From: Felis catus | Lineage: Eukaryota | DNA: 64,000 nucleotides | Assembly (NCBI RefSeq): GCF_018350175.1 | Contig: NC_058368.1 | Coordinates: 12,648,001 to 12,712,000, forward strand | Reading direction: 5' to 3' | Part shown: positions 40,699 through 53,415 of the stretch, in pieces | Position numbering within the stretch: the first letter of the stretch is position 1 | Layout of the letters: each line of letters starts with the position of its first letter | Position numbers and translations under genes: made by a program | Notes under the pieces: generated by a model | What the model saw: the letters and a program-made list of their open reading frames with translations, nothing else | Told to the model about the DNA's origin: nothing | The model's database searches: none

Positions 40699-41013
40699 CA
40701 TGCTTTCCAATATGGGGGCCATTAGCTACATATGGCTATTAAGCACTTGAAATACACTAGTCTGGATTGAGATGTGCTGTGAGTGTAAAATACACACCAG
40801 ATTTTGAAGACTTAGTCTAAAAAGGAAAGTGTAAAATATCTTGTAATTTTTATACTGGTTACACCTGAAAATAATATTTTGGATATATTGAGTTAAATAC
40901 AATGTATTATTAAAATAAACCTTACCCATTTCTTTTTTAGTTTTTTAAATTGACTATTAGAAAATTTTAACTTGCATATGTGACTCACATTGTATTTCCG
41001 TTGGACAGTGCTG
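40699..41013 (+). mobile_element. MER33-like hAT-Charlie element
   Basis: tggctattaagcacttgaaat...gtaaaatacacaccagattttgaagacttagt...ttggacagtgctg. Confidence 0.85.
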
Positions 41014-41307
41014 CTTTGGAGAATCCTCTTAAATCTTTTCCACTTGTTCAAATGTTATTTACCTTCAAGAGCTAATTCAAGTCAACCTTCTCTAGTGTCT
41101 TCCTTGTATTCTCGCTTCAGACAACCTCTGAATAGGTGGCCTATTTATCCTTTAGCACATATGGTCTTGTGTTGCTAAAGGTCACATACCTACATTGTGC
41201 TGACTAAGCAGTGAGTTCCTGAAATTCCAAGCTTATATAGCATTCTTCACTGTGTAAGATTATATCTTATTCCTCCTTATATTGACAGCCTCTGGAGAAG
41301 TACTTAC

Positions 41308-41351
41308 CTTCTAATAGATTCTTGATGATGACCACTGAATAAATTATGAAC
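41308..41351 (-). pseudogene. Small cadherin pseudogene exon (44 nt)
   Basis: acctttcag| FIIYSVVIIKNLLE-G |gtaagta (consensus donor). Its phase-1 end matches the exon starting at 40016. Confidence 0.45.
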
Positions 41352-41406
41352 CTGAAAGGTCTGCTATGACTTTGCATGCCTCAACGTGCTTAGCACACTG
41401 CATTTT

Positions 41407-41625
41407 ATTTTATTTTTTTTTTCAACGTTTATTTATTTTTGGGACAGAGAGAGACAGAGCATGAACTGGGGAGGGGCAGAGAGAGAGGGAGACACAGAAT
41501 CAGAAACAGGCTCCAGGCTCTGAGCCATCAGCCCAGAGCCCGACGCGGGGCTCGAACTCACGGACCGCGAGATCGTGACCTGGCTGAAGTCAGACGCTTA
41601 ACCGACTGCGCCACCCAGGCGCCCC
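41407..41625 (-). mobile_element. Young feline CAN-SINE
   Basis: TSD tagcacactgcatttt at 41391-41406 and 41626-41641. Confidence 0.95.
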
Positions 41626-41801
41626 TAGCACACTGCATTTTAAAAAGGAGGGCCCACAGTAAGGTATGGGTCAATCCCAGCCAACCTTAATGTATTGATC
41701 ACTGTGTTCTTGGGCTGTCCTACCTTCTGTCCTCTCTGCTAAGGGAATTCCAGTAACTGTAATAGAAACCTAATCAAAACATAATTAGGAAGGCAAACTA
41801 C

Positions 41802-41904
41802 TGTAAAAAGCCATCCTATAATGCATTCCAACAAGAGATTTGGGATTATCCGCACCACTGGTTTCCACCTTCAGGATAATTAAAAGTTGATTGAAAGAGA
41901 ATTG
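41802..41904 (-). pseudogene. Possible cadherin pseudogene exon remnant
   Basis: Acceptor ttctttgtttttaag|. ILFQSTFNYPEGG resembles the FDY.GG variant of the LDYE motif. Frameshifted, weak donor. Confidence 0.3.
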
Positions 41905-42090
41905 CTTAAAAACAAAGAAGGTGACTGCTTCTCTTTCAGTACCATGAGGAACTTGAGAAAGCTGTTGGTTAGAAGTAAGGGGCAAATTTCAAATGCTATG
42001 TCAAACAGGATTTAAGAAGCATTTACTCATCTTCAACTTGAGATTCCAGGATCACTGGCCCCTAGTATTAAGTGTAATGACCAGTAAATC

Positions 42091-42130
42091 TTCATTCATT
42101 CACTCATTCATTCATTCATTCATTCATTCA
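42091..42130. repeat. (TTCA)n microsatellite, L2-tail-like
   Basis: Direct reading. Confidence 0.85.
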
Positions 42131-42892
42131 TGTATTCATGCATTCATGCACTAATTCATTCTTCACTCGATTGTTCACTTAACCCACAGGGACACTCCTT
42201 CAATAAGAGACTTGCTGAACACCTATAACAAGCCAGGTCCTGGTGACCCCAGGATTCATAACACAGTCCAATGCAAGACTCAGACACATACAACTTCTTA
42301 AATAAAAGGCAATTTCCAGAACATTCTCTCGTCCTACTGTTTTCTGAACTAAATTTGGTAATTTGTTGTACTTTTCTGACCATTCATTCATCAGGGTCAT
42401 TATGTAGTTGGCAAAAAATACTTTTAAGTCCTCAATGCATTTTGAAAGGGAATTAAACATATCTAGTTCTGAAGATGCTTTTAGGGCTTAAAATTATTTT
42501 TTCCCACAATGCAATTTAAAAAAAGGGAAAAAAAGGTCCTTGGCACTTATGTAAGGGAGCAATATTATGGAAAAGAGTCCCTTAAAATTTAACATCTGTG
42601 ACTTTTATAATCTAATTAAGTTTGGAATTTTGTGTTCATTTCATTTTTAAGACCTGTCTAGCTCCTATCAGTAACATCATCCTTCAAGAAGTTTCTCACT
42701 GCAGTCCTAGGGCTACAGAGCTTCCCTGCAGATGTATTCGGGCAAAAGCCATGTCTCCAGAGCTCTGCATTGTTATCACATGCATCCATTCACCTTGACT
42801 TCCAAATGTGAAGGTCCAGCTAATGGTTAGTGTCTGGAGTAACACTGTAGAATTTTTACTTTAAAAAACTCTATCTGTTCAAACTTCACCAT

Positions 42893-43101
42893 GGGGCACC
42901 TACGTGGCTCAGTCAGTTGAGTGCTGCCTGACTCCTGATTTCGGCTCAGGTCATGGTCTCACAGTTTGTGGATTCGAGCCCTGCATGGGGCTCCATGCTG
43001 ACGGCGTGGAGCCTGCTTGGGATTCCCTCTCCCTCTTTCTTTGCCCCTCCCCCACTTGCATGTGCGTACGCTCTCTCTCTCAAAATAAATAAATTAAAAC
43101 T

Positions 43102-43104
<3 letters not shown>
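42893..43104 (+). mobile_element. CAN-SINE
   Basis: Tail runs into (TA)n. Confidence 0.9.

Positions 43105-43153
<49 letters not shown>
43105..43153. repeat. (TA)n microsatellite
   Basis: Direct reading. Confidence 0.95.
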
Positions 43154-43157
<4 letters not shown>

Positions 43158-43740
43158 TGACCTTATTTATGTTTAAAACAAGAGATAGAATGCCAATTTG
43201 GAAACGCATTTTCAATAAAAATGTTCATTTGCATGTGCTATATGCATATATCAGTGGATGGTGGTGGGATCATATATCCCCTACTAGAATATAAGTTTTC
43301 CGGGGGCGGGGGGGGTGCAGGGATCTTATCTTTTTCCACACTGTCCTCAGTAAGGCTTTCTAAATTGAAATGGTATCTATGACAACATAAGTGAGGCATG
43401 ACAGAAGGGAGAGGCATTTGTATTTCTAAATCTCATTCACCACTGTCATCAGAACAAATTTAACAGTCTTTCTCTCTGAGAAAAAAAAATAATCTACTTG
43501 ATATCCCACTGTAATCACATTCTGTGAGAAAAATGATTCCGTTCATTTTTCAGAAGCCACACACGGCTGTGTGTATGAGGAGCTCCCTGTAGCTAGGCTC
43601 CACATATGACAGTCATTAATCTAGTGATGACATTGGAACAGGAAAAAATTAATTCCTTGCCCTTAGATAGATGGAGGAAAAAAAAGGAAACATAAAATCT
43701 ATTATTTGGACAGCTTTAAGCTCTGACCTACTTAAGAAAG

Positions 43741-43991
43741 CTAATGCAATAGTGATGCTCATTCATTAATTAAAAGTCTGAAAGTATGCATTTTCTATTA
43801 ATTGTGTACTTTATATTCATATTACACATTAGGCTTATATGTCTATATTACTAATATTAGTAATTAAAGATCCGTCAGCAGCCTGCTCTTCAGCAACATG
43901 GTCTTGAATCATAGGAAGCCAATATCTGGCATATAATTTGTCATTCACGCTGATTTTTTTTTCTCCCCAAAACTTAATCAGCATTAGTTCA
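43741..43991 (-). pseudogene. Cadherin pseudogene exon (repeat junction), multiple stops in 3' half
   Basis: After tacag| it reads ELMLIKFWGEKKISVNDKLYARYWLPMIQDHVAEEQAADGSLITNISNIDI*A*CVI*I*STQLIENAYFQ. The VND...V.E....GS.I.NIS..D pattern is typical of cadherin repeats. Confidence 0.6.
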
Positions 43992-45689
43992 CTGTATTGT
44001 AGTTAAACATCAGCAAAGCCAAATGGTTTGATGTTTTTCATTAGCTTTAAGACCAGTGGATAGATTTTAAAATTTGGCATTAAAAGATGAATTTTTAGTT
44101 ATTTTGCATACAGATCAATTTTCCTTTGGCATTCAAAAAATAAAAATCAAGAAATGGTACTCAAAAAATAAATTTGCATCATCATTTAAGTCATTGTGTT
44201 ATGTGTTATGTTTAACCACTTGTTTTTGCCATCATTTATTCCAAAACCTCAAAAGATTATTTCAGACCTGAAATCTGGAGGGGTTGGGATCATGATCAGA
44301 AAGAGACCCTATACTGCTTAGGAGATTGGCAATGAAAGAGAATTCTATGGCCTCATGCCCTTGGGTCAGGGATCAATTGTTTATAGGAGAATGGGAGATT
44401 CTAGACCTCAAAGATGCAGTTGTGGGTCCAGAGAATCTAACATTTTGGAGCCAGAATGTTTTTTTGAGGGCCTAACATTTTTTTTTAATTTTATAAGGAG
44501 AACAAAGAAATTAAATACTTGCCTAAGAATATAGGAATTGTTAATATGCAGCTCCTGGTTCCTCCCCAGGCCAATTTTCTGGCACCAGAATACATTGCAA
44601 ACTTAAGAAATTTAATGCACTGAAATAGTTTTATTTGGCAACAGAAAGTCTTAACATAATTCAATAAATGCTTATTGAGTACTCTAATGCAGCCCTAAAG
44701 CACCAGCCCTTTCAAAGAGTTCTTCCCATGTGCAGACTGGAGTGGATCAGAAAGAGGAAGGCTGAATTGGGGGTGTCGGAGCTCCAAACATCTTGGGGAG
44801 AGGGTGGAAGGCCAGTGGGACAGAGGAATGGTGATGGGGAGCTAATAGAGGAATGGGAAGAGGTTTAGGGATGCTCAGTGGTACAAGGGTTCAGCATGTT
44901 AGGGCTGGGGCTCTGATATGTGTGTCTCTAGAAACTATGACCAATGACTTTCAACTAGATTGAGAGTGATTCTTTGAACTTTAAACTCTCAGGACCTAAC
45001 CTGAGCCTTTCCATCCAGGCTGCACCCACAACCTCCAAATTCTCTCTTCTGTAATAATTAGACCCAGCTGATATCCATCTACAGATTGAGCCCCATGCCA
45101 GTCTCACCTAATAAAAAAGGATTTAAGAAGCCATGCTCAATTCTAAGGAGTCACAGCATAAGTGACTACGTTTTCTTGAGCTCCAAATACCAATAACAGT
45201 TTCTCCCAGGTCCTGCGATGAACTTATTTAAACTACCCCCTCCCAAGAGTCCCAAAGACTTATCCAGAGCCCCAGTCTCTGGATAAGATTCCTATGTCAG
45301 GAATCACCCACCCAGAATGTCTCATGGGAGACATGGGAGGGCCACCTCCCATACCCAAGGTTGACAGAATCCCCAGTGGCAGCTGCCTGAGTGCTTCATG
45401 CAGCACCTGCTTCTAATTCCTGTAATGTTCTCCCACATAAACACCAAGAAACCCATTACGTTCTGAGACTCATAGAAAAATCATGGGCTTTTGATTCAGC
45501 AAGCCCTGCCTACCAAGCACCACTGGAGGTATCGTCTGAAGTCCTATCTCTGCCAAGGCTCTGTCTACCTTAATCGTCTCATTTCTGGTTGCACAAAAGC
45601 TAAAATAACATCTAGGACTATGATTTGCTAAAATAGTAAAAGTTAGAGTTTGCTTTTCTCCAGACATTACTAAAATATTAAGATTGTTT

Positions 45690-46279
45690 TAAATTAGTTT
45701 TTACATTGTAGTAATATATGCATAACATAAAATTTACCATTTTAACCATTTTTAAGTATATAGTTCAGTGGCACTAAGTACTTTCAGATTGTTGGACAGC
45801 CATCATTACCATCCATCTCCAGAACTTTATTAACTTCCCAAACTGAAACACCATACCCATTAAACACTAACTCCCCATTCACCTTTCCCCATAGCCCCTG
45901 GCAACTGCCATTCTACTGTCTCTATGAACTTGACTAGTCTAAGTATCTCATAAGAGTGGAATCAGAGTATTTGTCCTTTTGTGACAGACTTCATTTAACA
46001 TATTGTCTTCAAGAGTCTTTCCACAATTTCATTCCATTTCGAAGCTGAATAATATTTCATTGTATGTATCCACCACATTTTGTGTATCTATTCATCTGTC
46101 AGTGGACACTTTGCCCACTGCCACTTTTTGGCTATTGTGAATAATGCTGCTAAGAACATGCATGTACAAATATGTCTTTGAGTCCCTGCTTTCCATTCTT
46201 TTGGGCATATACCCAGAAGTGGAATTGCTGGATCATATGATAATTCTGTTTAATTTTTTGAGGAACCGCCATACTGTTT
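45690..46279 (-). mobile_element. L1 3' end (L1MA/L1MB-like), reverse
   Basis: aaaatttaccattttaaccatttttaagtata...atacccagaagtggaattgctggatcatatg is the reverse complement of an L1 3' end. Confidence 0.9.
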
Positions 46280-46293
46280 TAAAATTACTTTTT

Positions 46294-46501
46294 CAAATTT
46301 TTAAAATATTTATTTCGGAGACAGAGAGAGACAAAGTGTGAGCAGGAGAGGGGCAGAGAGAGAGGGAGACACAATCTGAAGCAGGCTCCAGGCTCTGAGC
46401 TATCAGCACAGAGCCTGACACAGGGCTCAAATTCATGAACCACGAGATCATGACCTCAACCAAAGTTGGATGCTCAACCAACTGAACCACCCAGGCGCCC
46501 C
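46294..46501 (-). mobile_element. CAN-SINE
   Basis: TSD taaaattacttttt. Confidence 0.93.
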
Positions 46502-47393
46502 TAAAATTACTTTTTGAACTTGATGTTGACCAATAGCATCTTGCCACCCTCATCTCTTCATACATACATATGAAGTACATCTTCAGAGATAAACTAAAAT
46601 GAATTTGAATGCATGTTAGATACATGAATGCATGTAATTGGGGTTTCAGGAGAATGTTATTTCATCGTCTATGAAAAAGAGCTTAAGTGTGCCAAAGTTG
46701 GGGCAAATAAAAGTGCACGAGAGTCAACTAAAAAGTAGAACATCCCTATCCAGTAAGACCCGAAGATGTGGATTATCTAGAGAACATGTCAACTATGGAA
46801 GTCCACTAACTGATTTTAATAACCTCTCCCTGGCATAACATTTTAGAGAAAGATACCATGGGTTGAAAATAAAATGGATCACTAGGTTTAAATGTTTTTT
46901 TTTTTAATAGACAATTTAAATGATAATAAAAGCAGAGTTTGAAATACTATAAAGTTATGAAATAAATTATTAATATATAAAAAGTTATCCTTAATTTCAA
47001 TGATACCTAAGTCTTTCTAAAAACAGCGAAGATCTTCAATCTAAGATAAATGAGATGTGCATTATATAGATGAAATCTACTTTAAACAGATGACTTAATG
47101 TGTACCTGAAAGAACAGATTTATTCAGGGGAACTAAATACCTAGTTACAGTTTATTGCAGAATAATAAACCAGCCATTTGGAAAAGCCTTGTGGTGTCAG
47201 CATGGCATGGATTTCAGCAATTATGAAATGGCTAGATTTTAATTCCCAGAGATTTAATCATACCCTAAAATAATCTCCTACAAATTCCTGCAAGACAGCT
47301 CTGTTAAAGAAACAAACAAACACAGCTCCTAACTGGGTTTCTACAAGTTGTGCTTAAACTACCATTAGAAGAACTAATCCTGTATTTATGTAC

Positions 47394-47680
47394 TGGTCAT
47401 GAATTGTATTTCTGAGATGTGTAGCCTGAGTTTGAGGCTCTTCCAGGTGTTACTCAACAGACTAAAGTCCAAAGACTATAAGCAAGTCACTATACAATGC
47501 GTGAATTAATACTCGTTACTAAGCTGTGATGTATTAAGCTGGTAGCTGTTGTTATCATCAGAGATTGCTCGTACATGGAAACAGCATGTATTCACCATAG
47601 AAAGTGATGTTATATTTGTTTTAATAATCTTATTTCAAATGCTAATTGTTGGTGTTATCATTCCAATCATGGGCAAAAAT
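47394..47680 (-). pseudogene. Cadherin pseudogene exon, near-complete repeat with a frameshift and 3 stops
   Basis: IFAHDWND, then a frameshift, then TPTISI*NKIIKTNITSLSMVNTCCFHVRAISDDNNSYQLNTSQLSNEY*FTHCIVTCL*SLDFSLLSNTWKSLKLRLHISEIQFMT. DxND, V.A..D, Y.L and LDF occur with cadherin-like spacing. Confidence 0.65.
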
Positions 47681-48348
47681 CTCCAAGTAAAAGGGTTAAA
47701 TCATCAAATTATATTTTTATTTATATCCTGTTAAAAATTGCCTTATTCTATTAGAGTCATTACGTCAATGATTTAGGTCATGAACCCAAAGATATAAATG
47801 GAATGTCTGTAATCTACATATTATTATACTGTGTTATATTGTTATATTATATGTAAAATAATATATAATATTATTATATATTATTATATCATCTAATGTG
47901 CTTCTACATTTTTGGTTTAGAGAGTTTTCAAGAGTCTTCTCATTTAGTCATACAACCTTTATTCTACACTGTGGTGAGTAGGGTAGTAGGCATTGATAAA
48001 ATATAGGGAAATAAGATTTTCTTCCTGCCCTCAAGAAGCTCAAAACATAGTCAGGTCAAATTTGAATGAATGTTAATGCTTATTAGTTGATAGATTTGAA
48101 CTGTGGCATATCTTATTGACAGAAGAATAAATGAGTGTCTGAATAAAGCCATTGTTCTACACTTTTTCTTCAACAACCTGACTTTAATTCATGCCATCTT
48201 TCCAGCGAACCTCAGCCTCTAGGGCACTTGTGACATGGCCATCAGGTGGCCCATGATTTTTTCTACCCTGGCTGACATCAGTGTCCTTTTCTGCTAAGAG
48301 AAAAGTACTCACAGTTTCTTGACTTCACAGTTTCTTGTGAGTACTCAC

Positions 48349-48625
48349 AGTTTCTTGACTTCAACCCTGAGATATTCTGTGCCCTATAACCCAATTCACA
48401 CAGCCCCCTTTGAATTTTGTGTTCCCTAGAACTATTGCACAGTAAGAGAAAACACCTGGCTTGATGAGTGTCAAGTTTACCCAGGAACATTTGGTTTGAT
48501 GATAGAAACAAAAGGCTAAGGTATAGAGGACCAAATTCTGATTCAAACTGTCTCCGAATGTCTCCGAAGGCAAATCTCATTGTTGTGCCCTTGGTGAGGC
48601 TCCACCTCGAATGATTTTTGCCCAT
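48349..48625 (-). pseudogene. Cadherin pseudogene exon (extracellular repeat)
   Basis: ORF 48278-48625 reads ...TKGTTMRFAFGD...LFLSSNQMFLGKLDTHQARCFLLLC, matching the GT...D...LD....F.L layout. Donor gtgagt follows 48349. No clear acceptor. Confidence 0.45.
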
Positions 48626-48894
48626 TTAACTCATTAATATCTTTTTGTTCATTCATTTATCCCTCTAATAGTATATTTTATTATAATTTTTTGCTTATGC
48701 ATCTATTATCCCTATTACAACCAAGGTCTTCAAATCTAGAAATAGTGGTGGTATCATAGGACACGAGAGAAAAAGCTTTAGCTTTTTCATAATTTCCATC
48801 AGTAATTTCTCCCCCACCTGGATAGAAACATAATTGATATTTTCTCAGTCTTACACAAATAATGAACAGACATTTCCAAAAACATTTTTCTGAT

Positions 48895-48924
48895 TTTTAT
48901 TTTTTTAATTTGATTTTTTTTTTT

Positions 48925-48971
<47 letters not shown>

Positions 48972-49137
48972 ACAAGCAGGGGAGAGGCAGAGAGAGGGGG
49001 TGGAGAGACAGAATCCCAAGCAGGCCCCATGCTCAGCACAGAGGTTGACAAGGGGCTCGATATCATGACTGGGAGATAATGACCTGAGCTAGTATCAAGA
49101 GTCAGATGCTTAAAGGACTGAGCCACACAGGTGCTCC
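48895..49137 (-). mobile_element. CAN-SINE
   Basis: Reverse element with long (GA)n. Confidence 0.88.
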
Positions 49138-50202
49138 TCACTTCGCTAATTTTTAGACTGACTTGTAACAAATAATCTGAGTTTAGAAACCTCACTTGAA
49201 ATGGAAACATAGTTTACTGACAAGTTTCTTAGCTCCTAAATTGTCATATCTAAACTTCTAGATAGAAATTCTGGAGGTACCACCAGACAGAAGCTAAGTC
49301 TTTTCCTCCTCGGGATTATCAACTTGTAAATCTATGCCAAGAAAGCAAGAGCCCTCCTTAAATGTTTCCTGAATAATTCATAATCATAAGACATCTGGTT
49401 CTCAAGAGCATTCTTTCCTTTACCACAAACTAAGGGAATATTCATGATTTGCCATGATTTAAGAAAGTTTCTGGGAGTGATATCTACAAGGCGGGAATTT
49501 CAATTGTGGGAACTTCAATTAAAAAACCATCCAGTATTTTCTCCTTCAACTTACCTTGAGAAACAGCCCCTTCCTTTTCATATTGTGCTTGGTTTTATTT
49601 CAAGCATCCTGACCCAACTATATTTATTTTTGCCTTCATTGATTTATTTGAAAAGCAGCGATTAAGGAAATACCGCATGCCAGCCTTAAAAGTTTTTACA
49701 TGTTCTGTGAACGCCCTCTGCACTGATAATACTCACAACACTGGGACTAGACCATTTTCCTTGGGCAGCCCAGAAGCTTCCAAAGAAACACATCTCAAAC
49801 TCTTTCCTTTAGCTAAAATCAAATGACATTTTAGGATTTCAGCAACATTCTTTAAAAAAGATTCCTACTCTTTTTTATCTTTTATGGACACTTCTCTATT
49901 ATTATTAGCTACTTAATAATATTGTTCACCAATTTCCCTATTAATAATTAAGAACTTCATTCCTAGAAGCTCAGGTAAAGTTAATTGGCTCTATCCTCCT
50001 CATTAAGTTTCTGGAAGGCACCATGGACACAGAATCCTAAATTTCTGTGCCTTGACAACCACATTTTCCATAAGGCCTTTTTATGTAGAAATTTAGTCAA
50101 AAGCAACAAAGTGTAAGGAGGCATTGCACACTGATTATTGAACTAGAAATGCGACATAGACACAGAGAGAAAGAGACTGAAAGAGAAGACTCTTCTTTAA
50201 AC

Positions 50203-50689
50203 TTTTTTTTTTTAATTTTTTTCAACGTTTTTTATTTATTTTTGGGACAGAGAGAGACAGAGCATGAACGAGGGAGGGGCAGAGAGAGAGGGAGACACAG
50301 AATCGGAAACAGGCTCCAGGCTCTGAGCCATCAGCCTAGAGCCCGACGCGGGGCTCGAACTCCCGGACCGCGAGATCGTGACCTGGCTGAAGTCGGACGC
50401 TTAACCGACGGCGCCACCCAGGCGCCCCTTCTTTAAATTTTTTTAATGTTATTCATTTATTTTTGAGAGACAGAGAGAGAACACGCGCACATGCATGCAT
50501 GTAGGGGAGGGGCAGAGAGTAAGTGAGACACAGAATCCGAAGCAGGCTCCAGGCTCTGAGCTGTCAGCACAGAGCCCGATGCAGGGCTCTAACTCATGAA
50601 TTGAGAGATTATGACCTGAGCCTAAGTCGAATGCTAACTGACTAAACCACCCAGGCATCCCTTCTTAATTTTTTTAATGTTTATTTATT

Positions 50690-50738
<49 letters not shown>

Positions 50739-50889
50739 CAGAGAGAGGGAGAAAGAGGATCCGAAGCAGGCTCTGCTAACAAGCTCTGCTAACAGTGCAG
50801 AGCCTGATGTGGGGCTCGAACTCACGAACTGCAAGATCATGACCCAAGCCAAAGTTGGATGTTTAACTGACTGAGCCATCCAGGCACCT
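50203..50889 (-). mobile_element. Three stacked CAN-SINEs (about 50203-50428 young, 50437-50661, 50668-50889)
   Basis: Three consecutive reverse elements. Confidence 0.93.
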
Positions 50890-50944
50890 CTCTTCTTTAT
50901 AATTAGAATGCACACTAATAAATGTGGAAGGAATGGATAACTAA

Positions 50945-51930
50945 ACAATCACCATTTTGCAACTCTTCATTTTAATTGGCTCATTTTAATTGGCTCTTCA
51001 TTGGCATCAGGGTCAACATGGATGCTAAAACCCTGTGGCTGAAAGACTATCATGAAACTGAATGCCTACATGATCTCAAAGTTTCACAATGCAGATTATT
51101 TACAAATTACAAATGGAAAATGTACCTTTACGTCTAGTAATCATCATCTTAACTAGATGACCAGATAGCCTCACCAATAGGGAAACCTCCTGACTTTATT
51201 TGCTGCCTGATGTGGTACAATAAATATATAATATTACCTATGCAGTTTTCTTGCTAAAAACATTCAGTTTATATCAAATTATGAAGAAACAGTTATACAA
51301 ATTCAGTTAATTCTGAATGGAACATTCTAGAAGATACTTATCTGAACTCAAAAATGTCAGTGTGACAAAATAAAGAAAGGGAGACAGACAGAGACAGAGA
51401 GAGAGAGAAAGAAAGAAAGCAAGGTCAAAGGCAAATGTATAGTGTAAACCTCAATTGGATCCAAGATTCTAAAAATCTATGAAAGATAATATTAAGACAA
51501 TTGAAACTATTTAATAATAGACTATATTAGATGATAATCTATTTAATTCTCATGGGTAGTTGATGGCATTTTGGTTAGAATATAAATATATATATTTAAT
51601 ATAAAATTATATATAATATAATACAAAATATATAATATATAAATATACATAGTATTTATATATAAAATATATATAATAAAAAATTAAAAAGTCTTTATCC
51701 ATGAGTTGCAAGTTCTTAAGTAACTAAGTAGTTCAGCATAAAATGTATATTTATGTTTTACACATGTGTATGTAGACACATATATACATACATATACATA
51801 TATCCCCATACAAAGAAGAAAAACAAAAATGTAAAATGTAAACTTGTGAATCTAGGTGAAGGGAATACAGTATTCATATTCTATTTTTTCAACTTTTGTG
51901 TAAGTTTAATTTCTCAAAGTAAAAAGTAGG
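50945..51930 (+). mobile_element. Old L1 3' UTR fragment (L1MC/L1ME-like)
   Basis: Resembles ancient L1 3' ends, finishing gtgaatctaggtgaagggaatacag...caacttttgtgtaagttt. Confidence 0.6.
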
Positions 51931-52086
51931 GGGAAAAACATACAAGATATCAACTTTTAACCAAAAGCATTATAATCAATTAAAACTGTAATAAAAATTA
52001 TAAATTGACCTTAAAAAAAAGCCTGGTTTCTCCTGGCTCTGCCATTTAATAGGTGTGTGATCTTAGGTCACTTGGCTTAGAAATAA

Positions 52087-52298
52087 TTTTTTTTTTATTT
52101 TTTTAATGTTTATTTGTTGAGAGAGAGACAGAGTGTGAGTGGAGGAGGGACAGAGAGAGGGAGACACAGAATCCAAAGCAGGCTCCAGGCTCCAAGCTGT
52201 CAGCACAGAGCCCGACGCGGGGCTTGAACTCACAAACTGCAAGATCATGACCTGAGCCGAAGTCGGACACTTAACCGACTGATCCACCCAGGTGTCCC
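52087..52298 (-). mobile_element. CAN-SINE
   Basis: agaaataa on both sides. Confidence 0.92.
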
Positions 52299-52749
52299 AG
52301 AAATAAATTTTTTTAACGTATAAAGTAAGGAGATGATGCTCATAAAAAAAGGACAAAGAAACCAAGGGTATCCCAAAACTTGTGTTTTAATATCTTCTTT
52401 TAAGTACTATGGTATGAAAGGGGAAATGCTGAAATTATTTTCACTCTCCTCTCCTCCCTCCCTTTCCTTTCTCAAGTAAAATGTGCATCAAAGGAAAATG
52501 TGACTAGCTACCTTTCAGTTTTTAATACAATGAGAATTCCACTACCCTCTTCGTATAGTTGATGATTGCCATGTGCAGCTCAGGAGACGCTGGAAGATTT
52601 AAGGTGTAAAAACTAGAAAATTGTCACCTTATGATCATTTCTATTGTTGTATCACAATAGAGAATAAGGGTTAAACTCAATTAGCCATCTTCCCCATGTT
52701 CCAAAGAATGTTTTTTTTATTCTGCCGTGGCCAGCAGACCTTGATTTCT

Positions 52750-52792
52750 GTTGCTAGGAAACCTGGAAGGCTCTTTTAGTCCTCATGGAAAC
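52750..52792. promoter_or_regulatory. Candidate RFX X-box pair
   Basis: gttgctaggaaac (52750-52762) and a weaker gtcctcatggaaac (52779-52792) in unique sequence. Motif match only. Confidence 0.3.
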
Positions 52793-52909
52793 CACGCTTA
52801 ATGCAATCACTTTGGTTGCTTATTTACTGGCTGTTTGGCTTGATGCCAACTCAAGGAAGGTTCACTTCAAACCTCTGCAACGTAAACTAGGAGTGGCAAA
52901 CTGTGCTAG

Positions 52910-53415
52910 TATAGGGGCCTAGGGCAGGCTGCCCCCAAATATGCCAAAATAGCATACGGATTATTTTGAGTTTAAGTTACTTAAATAGCTAGCGCAAGAA
53001 TATTCTGATTCTCCTTTGTCTCAGATGGAGGAAATAAATCCTTCATGTGAAAGGTACTTTCTCTGCACCAGGAGGTAGAGAGATATCTTCATCATCCAGG
53101 ATAGGGAACTTAGGGTGGAAAAACCTATATAAGTAAACCTTGTTACTTTTACTAATCTATTACCCTAGCCCAAATTTTGTTTAGAATTCCTTACTAATTG
53201 AAGCTCCCAAACATAAGTTTTCTTTGTCAATTCCTCACAGATTTATGCTTCTTTGTCTAAAAAGTATAAAACCTGCCCACCTTGGTCACTCTTAGGTCCC
53301 ATAGTATGTCCAAATTAAATTTGATTTTCTCCTGTTAATCTGTCTCTTGTCACTTTTTCTCTTAGACCAGCCAGAAGAATCTTGAAGGATAGAGGAAAAT
53401 TTTTCCTTTTCAACA
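52910..53415 (+). mobile_element. ERV1-class solo LTR (MER34/carnivore LTR-like), 506 bp
   Basis: 4-bp TSD ctag at 52906-52909 and 53416-53419, ends ...caaca, TATA-like aagtataaaa, and attaaatttgattttctcctgttaatctgtct. Confidence 0.85.

Noticed and set aside
22709..50436. Recurrent ORF 'MGQRETEHERGRGRERGRHRI...' (22709, 32638, 41439, 50149) that looks like a gene family
   Set aside because: These are antisense translations of young CAN-SINEs.
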